A stretch of 64,000 nucleotides of DNA, from positions 1-64,000 of the forward strand of contig JBEGVZ010000056.1 in NCBI GenBank assembly GCA_041178085.1. The letters run 5' to 3'. The translations under genes were made by a program, and so were the position numbers. Every line of letters begins with the position of its first letter. Within the stretch, counting starts at the first letter, position 1. Shown piece after piece: positions 60,008 through 64,000 of the stretch. The DNA is from Pseudomonadota bacterium (lineage in GTDB: Bacteria; Bdellovibrionota_B; Oligoflexia; Oligoflexales; RGVZ01). Below the pieces are notes generated by a model. That model was not told where the DNA came from and did not search any database. It saw nothing but the letters and a program-made list of their open reading frames with translations.

Positions 60008-60796
60008 TCAGGGATTATTTGCGCGTGCAATGTCCGTCAGCAGCATGAGCGCGAAGGCCTCATAACCTTCACGGGGGAGGCGCATGGGTGCGAAATGGAC
60101 AAACCCGGCCAACTCAGGGGGGGCCGGCATTTGTGCCAGAGCCCATGCGGTCGCATTGCAGATGTAGTCATTTTCCGTCCGGGCAGTTTGGGCGACGCTC
60201 ACCACCCCCAGCGGGCAACCTGCATCCTGCCAGCGCGCCTCGACCAGGGACTTGATCCTTGGGAGGGCCTTTCCCCAGGGCAGGGAAAGCGTTGCCCCCT
60301 CAGGCAGGTCATCACTAAGGGTCGAAGATACCGGGCCAGGCACATCCATGCGCATGCCCACTTGATCGTAAACGGGGCGCGTGGTGCGTATAAAATTGGT
60401 TGCCCCTGTTTCAAGCAATGTGCTGCCGCCAAGACCCGTGGCGATGAACATGCGTGGCCGGATGATGCGGCAGGCTTCGACAAATAATTCAGGACTATTG
60501 TGATCTGTGTTGGCCGTGATGGTAACAACACGGAGTTGTCCAAGACGGCCCCAGCCAACATCAGGCAGCCAGTTGCCAGATTTGGTCTCATTTGATCCAG
60601 TTGCACCCGTCATGATCAGGGAGGTCGGATTGACCTGGGGGCGTCCGGAATAATCCTGGGTGAAACTACGAAACCCGGTCAGCAGCAGGTCGACGCCGCC
60701 GGGGGGATTTTTCCCCCTCAGGGCATCTGAAAGGTGTGCAACACCGGCCTTGTGGCGATCGCTCAGCCACCGGGCCTGGTTTTCTTCAAAGCGCAC
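60008..60796 (-). CDS. Pyroglutamyl peptidase I (C15)-like protein, divergent
   Basis: LLTGFRSF..NPT, LLETGATN (Glu), YICN (Cys), GFVH (His). Confidence 0.6.
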   Translation of the reverse strand: MRFEENQARWLSDRHKAGVAHLSDALRGKNPPGGVDLLLTGFRSFTQDYSGRPQVNPTSLIMTGATGSNETKSGNWLPDVGWGRLGQLRVVTITANTDHNSPELFVEACRIIRPRMFIATGLGGSTLLETGATNFIRTTRPVYDQVGMRMDVPGPVSSTLSDDLPEGATLSLPWGKALPRIKSLVEARWQDAGCPLGVVSVAQTARTENDYICNATAWALAQMPAPPELAGFVHFAPMRLPREGYEAFALMLLTDIARANNP

Positions 60797-61709
60797 GGCT
60801 GCGGACGGGTACCGGTGCAGTGCGGGGCATGGTCACCGAAATTCCCGGCACGTCCTTGATCGACTTGATCCGGGTCGCAAGGCCCATGCTTTTCAGGGCG
60901 CGAATGATCAGCATCGTGACGTCAAATTCCCACCATTTGTGACCTGCTTCAGCCACCGATGGATGGGCGTGGTGGTTGTTGTGCCAGCCTTCCCCGAAGG
61001 ACAGGAGGGCCACCCACCACGTATTGCGGGATTGGTCGTTGACCTTGTAGTTCTTGTAGCCAAAGAAGTGTGTCGCGCTGTTGACCAGCCAGGTAGCGTG
61101 ATAAACGAAAGTCATGCGCAGGCAGATGCCCCAGAGGACCATGCCAACGCCGGCACTGCCGCCGCCCGCGGCCAGAAAAAGCGCCAGGGCTAAAAGAGCT
61201 TGGGGGATCAGCATGCCCGGGACCGTATCCAGCCAGCGGTAGTAAGGGTCATTGAAGATGTCGCGGGCAAACTTGCGCTGGCGGTCGCTGTCATCGAATG
61301 CGGGTTTGTAAGCCAACGTCCAGCCTACATGGCAGTAGAAAAACCCGCGCAGCGAATTATGCGGGTCTTGGTCCGTGTCAGGATTCGCATGGTGCATCCG
61401 GTGATGACCAGCCCACTTGATCGGGCCGCCCTGCATGGCAAGTGCGCCGCAAGTAGTCAGGATTCGTTCCAGCCATTTCGGTACGGCAAACGTGCGGTGA
61501 GCCAGCAGCCGGTGATAGGTCAGGGTGATGCCGAGGCAGCCGGTGATGAAATAAAGGACAAATGCCACGGCCAGGTTTTGCGCACTGAAATAGGGGATCG
61601 CAGCGATCGCACCAAGGTGCATGAGGGGGATCCAAACGGCAGAGCCGATATTGATTCCGGTAGATTCGGTGGTGAGTTCCGTTTTTGGATCCATGGATGC
61701 TTCGCGCAT
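60786..61709 (-). CDS. Delta-9 acyl-CoA/acyl-lipid desaturase
   Basis: His boxes HRLLAH, HRMHH, HNNHH; GEGW. Confidence 0.95.
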   Translation of the reverse strand: MREASMDPKTELTTESTGINIGSAVWIPLMHLGAIAAIPYFSAQNLAVAFVLYFITGCLGITLTYHRLLAHRTFAVPKWLERILTTCGALAMQGGPIKWAGHHRMHHANPDTDQDPHNSLRGFFYCHVGWTLAYKPAFDDSDRQRKFARDIFNDPYYRWLDTVPGMLIPQALLALALFLAAGGGSAGVGMVLWGICLRMTFVYHATWLVNSATHFFGYKNYKVNDQSRNTWWVALLSFGEGWHNNHHAHPSVAEAGHKWWEFDVTMLIIRALKSMGLATRIKSIKDVPGISVTMPRTAPVPVRSRAL

Positions 61710-61822
61710 GGCCGCCTCCTTCTTTTTTCGGGCTACACTCTAATTGTCGGGAATCCCTGCTGAATGAACAGTAATAGTTGTGTAAAAACGGGTGTTTTCC
61801 TTTTGTACGGAGGTCCCGCAAG

Positions 61823-62473
61823 GTGTCGTCACGCAAGGTTTTAAAAGTTTGGTTCCACCCCGCTTCGCCCTATTCCCGCAGGGTTCTCACGTTCCTAGAC
61901 TGGACAGGGCTTCCCGCTGAGCGCCTGCAAGTGGCGTTGGAAAAACGTGAACAGAAGAGTGAAAATTATTTGACGATCAATCCTTACGGCCGCGTCCCGG
62001 CCATTGTGGACGAGGATGTGGACGGCTCTCCCTTCGCCCTTTCGGAGTCTGTCGCTATCTTACGTTACCTGGTCGACCGGCATGGGTTGCATGAATGGTA
62101 TCCGGCAGGACTCCGTGAGCGCGCCGCCGCGGATCAGTGGCTGGAATATGCAAGCCAGCAGGCGTCTCGCCCCTTTCTGGACCTCGCGTGGCTGCGCATC
62201 CTTGCACCCCGTTTTGGGATGGCTCAGGAACCTGACGTGGTTCGTGTTCAGGAAGAAGCGGCGCTCAAAAAGCTACACCGGGAGTTACCCGTGCTTCAGT
62301 CCAGGCTTGCCGAAAGCCCCTATCTGGCTGGCATGCGTCCCACCCTTGCTGACGTGGCCTTGTACCCGTTTGCAGCTCTGCACGTGGATGCCGGCATTGA
62401 GTTGATCAAAGCGGCCCCGGCAGTGGTGGCGTGGCTCGACCGGCTGGCGGCGCAAAGTTGGCGGAAGGACTGA
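61823..62473 (+). CDS. Glutathione S-transferase family protein
   Basis: SPYSRRV, INPYGRVP, SESVAILRYL, TLADV. Confidence 0.92.
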   Translation: MSSRKVLKVWFHPASPYSRRVLTFLDWTGLPAERLQVALEKREQKSENYLTINPYGRVPAIVDEDVDGSPFALSESVAILRYLVDRHGLHEWYPAGLRERAAADQWLEYASQQASRPFLDLAWLRILAPRFGMAQEPDVVRVQEEAALKKLHRELPVLQSRLAESPYLAGMRPTLADVALYPFAALHVDAGIELIKAAPAVVAWLDRLAAQSWRKD

Positions 62474-62617
62474 TTTTTGCGGCGATTTTTGCCGGACATG
62501 CAGCTTGCCTTTTCAAACGGCTGCCGTTAACTTTCCGGCCGTTGATTCGATAAAGGTTCTGATCGGCAAGCCCTTTCAACTCAATCGACCTGTTGCACTT
62601 TCACGGTGGGAACGAAC

Positions 62618-64000
62618 ATGCACGATGCCCCTTTTGACGCAGTCAGGAATCCGGCCTCAGGCCAGCAAGCGGAATCCGGTGGCGATTCTGGCGGTGCGCG
62701 CGCCCTGAAGCTTGCCGTGCCAAAGGAAGTATTCCCGGGCGAGCGGCGTGTTGCCATAACCCCGGCCAATGTCGAGAAGTTCAAGAAGCTTGGCTTTGAG
62801 GTGGTGGTTCAGGCAGGTGCGGGACTTGAGGCTGGCTTCGATGATGACTCTTACAAAAAAGCAGGAGCCGGCATTGCCTCTGATGCGCGTGCATTGTTCA
62901 GCGATGCAGATGTCGTCCTGAAAGTGCGTGCCCCGTCCCAGGCCGAAGTGGCAATGCTCAATCCGGGGACGTTCCTTGCCAGTCTGGTGACACCGGCTGC
63001 CAACGCAGAACTTTTGAAGCAACTAGCAGGTGCCAGAGTTTCTACTTTGGCGCTGGACCAGATTCCCCGGACCACACGCGCCCAGAAGATGGACGTTCTG
63101 AGTTCAATGGCCAACCTTGCTGGTTACCGCGCTGTGATTGAAGCAGCCGCGGCCTTCAGCCGTCCGTTTACGGGGCAGATCACTGCGGCGGGCAAGATTC
63201 CGCCATCGCGAATCCTGGTCATCGGCGCTGGCGTCGCTGGACTGGCTGCCATCGGTGCGGGCCGTGCGCTGGGTGCGATCGTCAGGGCGTTCGACACCCG
63301 TCCCGAAGTAAAAGATCAGATCACAAGCATGGGCGCAGAATTCCTCGAACTTAACTTCCACGAAGACGGAACCGGCGAGGGTGGCTACGCAAAGGTCATG
63401 TCGCCTGAGTTCATCAAGGCCGAAATGGACTTGTTCGCAGCGCAGGCGAAGGAAGTGGACATCATCATCACGACAGCGCTGGTGCCAGGCACAAAGGCGC
63501 CAGTCCTGATTACGGCGGAGATGGTGGAATCGATGCGCCGGGGCAGTGTCATCGTTGACCTTGCAGCAGAGCAAGGTGGCAACTGCGCCCTGACCCGCCC
63601 GGGTCAGATTAACGTCGCGCACGGTGTATCGGTGATTGGTTTCACGGATTTGCCATCGCGCATGGCATCGCAGGCCAGTCAGCTTCTGGGCAACAACATG
63701 GTGAACCTGATTGATGCCATGTGCACGCCGGCAGGTGATGCCAAGGCTCCGCGCAAGTTCCGCATCGACCTGGAAGACGACATTGTCCGTCCTGCCCTTG
63801 TCACTCACGGCGGTGACGTAACTTGGCCACCGCCCAAAAAACCAGCACCGCCTGCCCAGGCAAAACCTGCGGCGCAGGCTGCGACAAAGGCCCCGGCGGC
63901 GACGGCAGCCAAACCCGCCAAATCAGGGGGACATGGAGCCCACGGCGCATCGTCGGAGCCGGCCAAGGCGAGCCATGTGATTGCCTTTTGGGCGGTTGCT
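62618..64000 (+). CDS. pntA: NAD(P) transhydrogenase subunit alpha, 3' truncated; absent from the ORF track
   Basis: Manual translation: LAVPKEVFPGERRVAITP, RAQKMDVLSSMANLAGYRAV, IGAGVAGLAAIG, GEGGYAK, DLAAEQGGNC. Confidence 0.95.
   Translation, partial: MHDAPFDAVRNPASGQQAESGGDSGGARALKLAVPKEVFPGERRVAITPANVEKFKKLGFEVVVQAGAGLEAGFDDDSYKKAGAGIASDARALFSDADVVLKVRAPSQAEVAMLNPGTFLASLVTPAANAELLKQLAGARVSTLALDQIPRTTRAQKMDVLSSMANLAGYRAVIEAAAAFSRPFTGQITAAGKIPPSRILVIGAGVAGLAAIGAGRALGAIVRAFDTRPEVKDQITSMGAEFLELNFHEDGTGEGGYAKVMSPEFIKAEMDLFAAQAKEVDIIITTALVPGTKAPVLITAEMVESMRRGSVIVDLAAEQGGNCALTRPGQINVAHGVSVIGFTDLPSRMASQASQLLGNNMVNLIDAMCTPAGDAKAPRKFRIDLEDDIVRPALVTHGGDVTWPPPKKPAPPAQAKPAAQAATKAPAATAAKPAKSGGHGAHGASSEPAKASHVIAFWAVA

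Noticed and set aside
62657..63808. Minus-strand ORFs of 121, 87 and 234 aa
   Set aside because: Antisense shadows of pntA, which the ORF track missed because it runs off the window

Overview
Gene-dense, GC-rich bacterial chromosome segment. The many secreted/lipoprotein hydrolases, type IV pilin, vWA and SH3 exported proteins suggest an Oligoflexia/Bdellovibrionota-like or related delta-type organism (inference only). Layout: (1) 1-4.9 kb accessory patch with a secreted Cys-His-Asp deamidase-like protein, an AAA_14/DUF4143 ATPase, two out-of-order IS91/ISCR transposase remnants and a nucleotidyltransferase + HTH pair; (2) 4.9-16.3 kb LysR divergent from a long extracytoplasmic redox run (di-haem cytochrome c lipoprotein, haem-motif beta-barrel, YceI, ABC ATPase, HAD, DUF3570/DUF4266-like pair, triple-thioredoxin lipoprotein, TlpA, two TPM proteins, msrB); (3) housekeeping and secreted enzymes (vWA, clan-CD peptidase, tkt, HtrA, folB, very long PBP1A, aldehyde dehydrogenase); (4) 31.8-36.3 kb surface/effector island with a Cys-rich papain-like lipoprotein, a eukaryote-like thrombospondin-1-repeat lipoprotein and a type IV pilin; (5) mobA-fdhF-like-fdhD; (6) a peptide-ligase cluster (C39-like peptidase, RimK-like ATP-grasp, GCS2 ligase, N-formylglutamate amidohydrolase, patatin, MFS, POT) beside DUF432-mscS and a second rimK; (7) tRNA-Leu(TAA), matrixin/beta-barrels, Cys/Met lyase, papain, convergent bfr/bfd with a perfect Fur-box-like palindrome, desaturase, GST and the start of pntA. 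No CRISPR array, rRNA or intact prophage seen. All family calls come from motifs read by eye; no database search was run.
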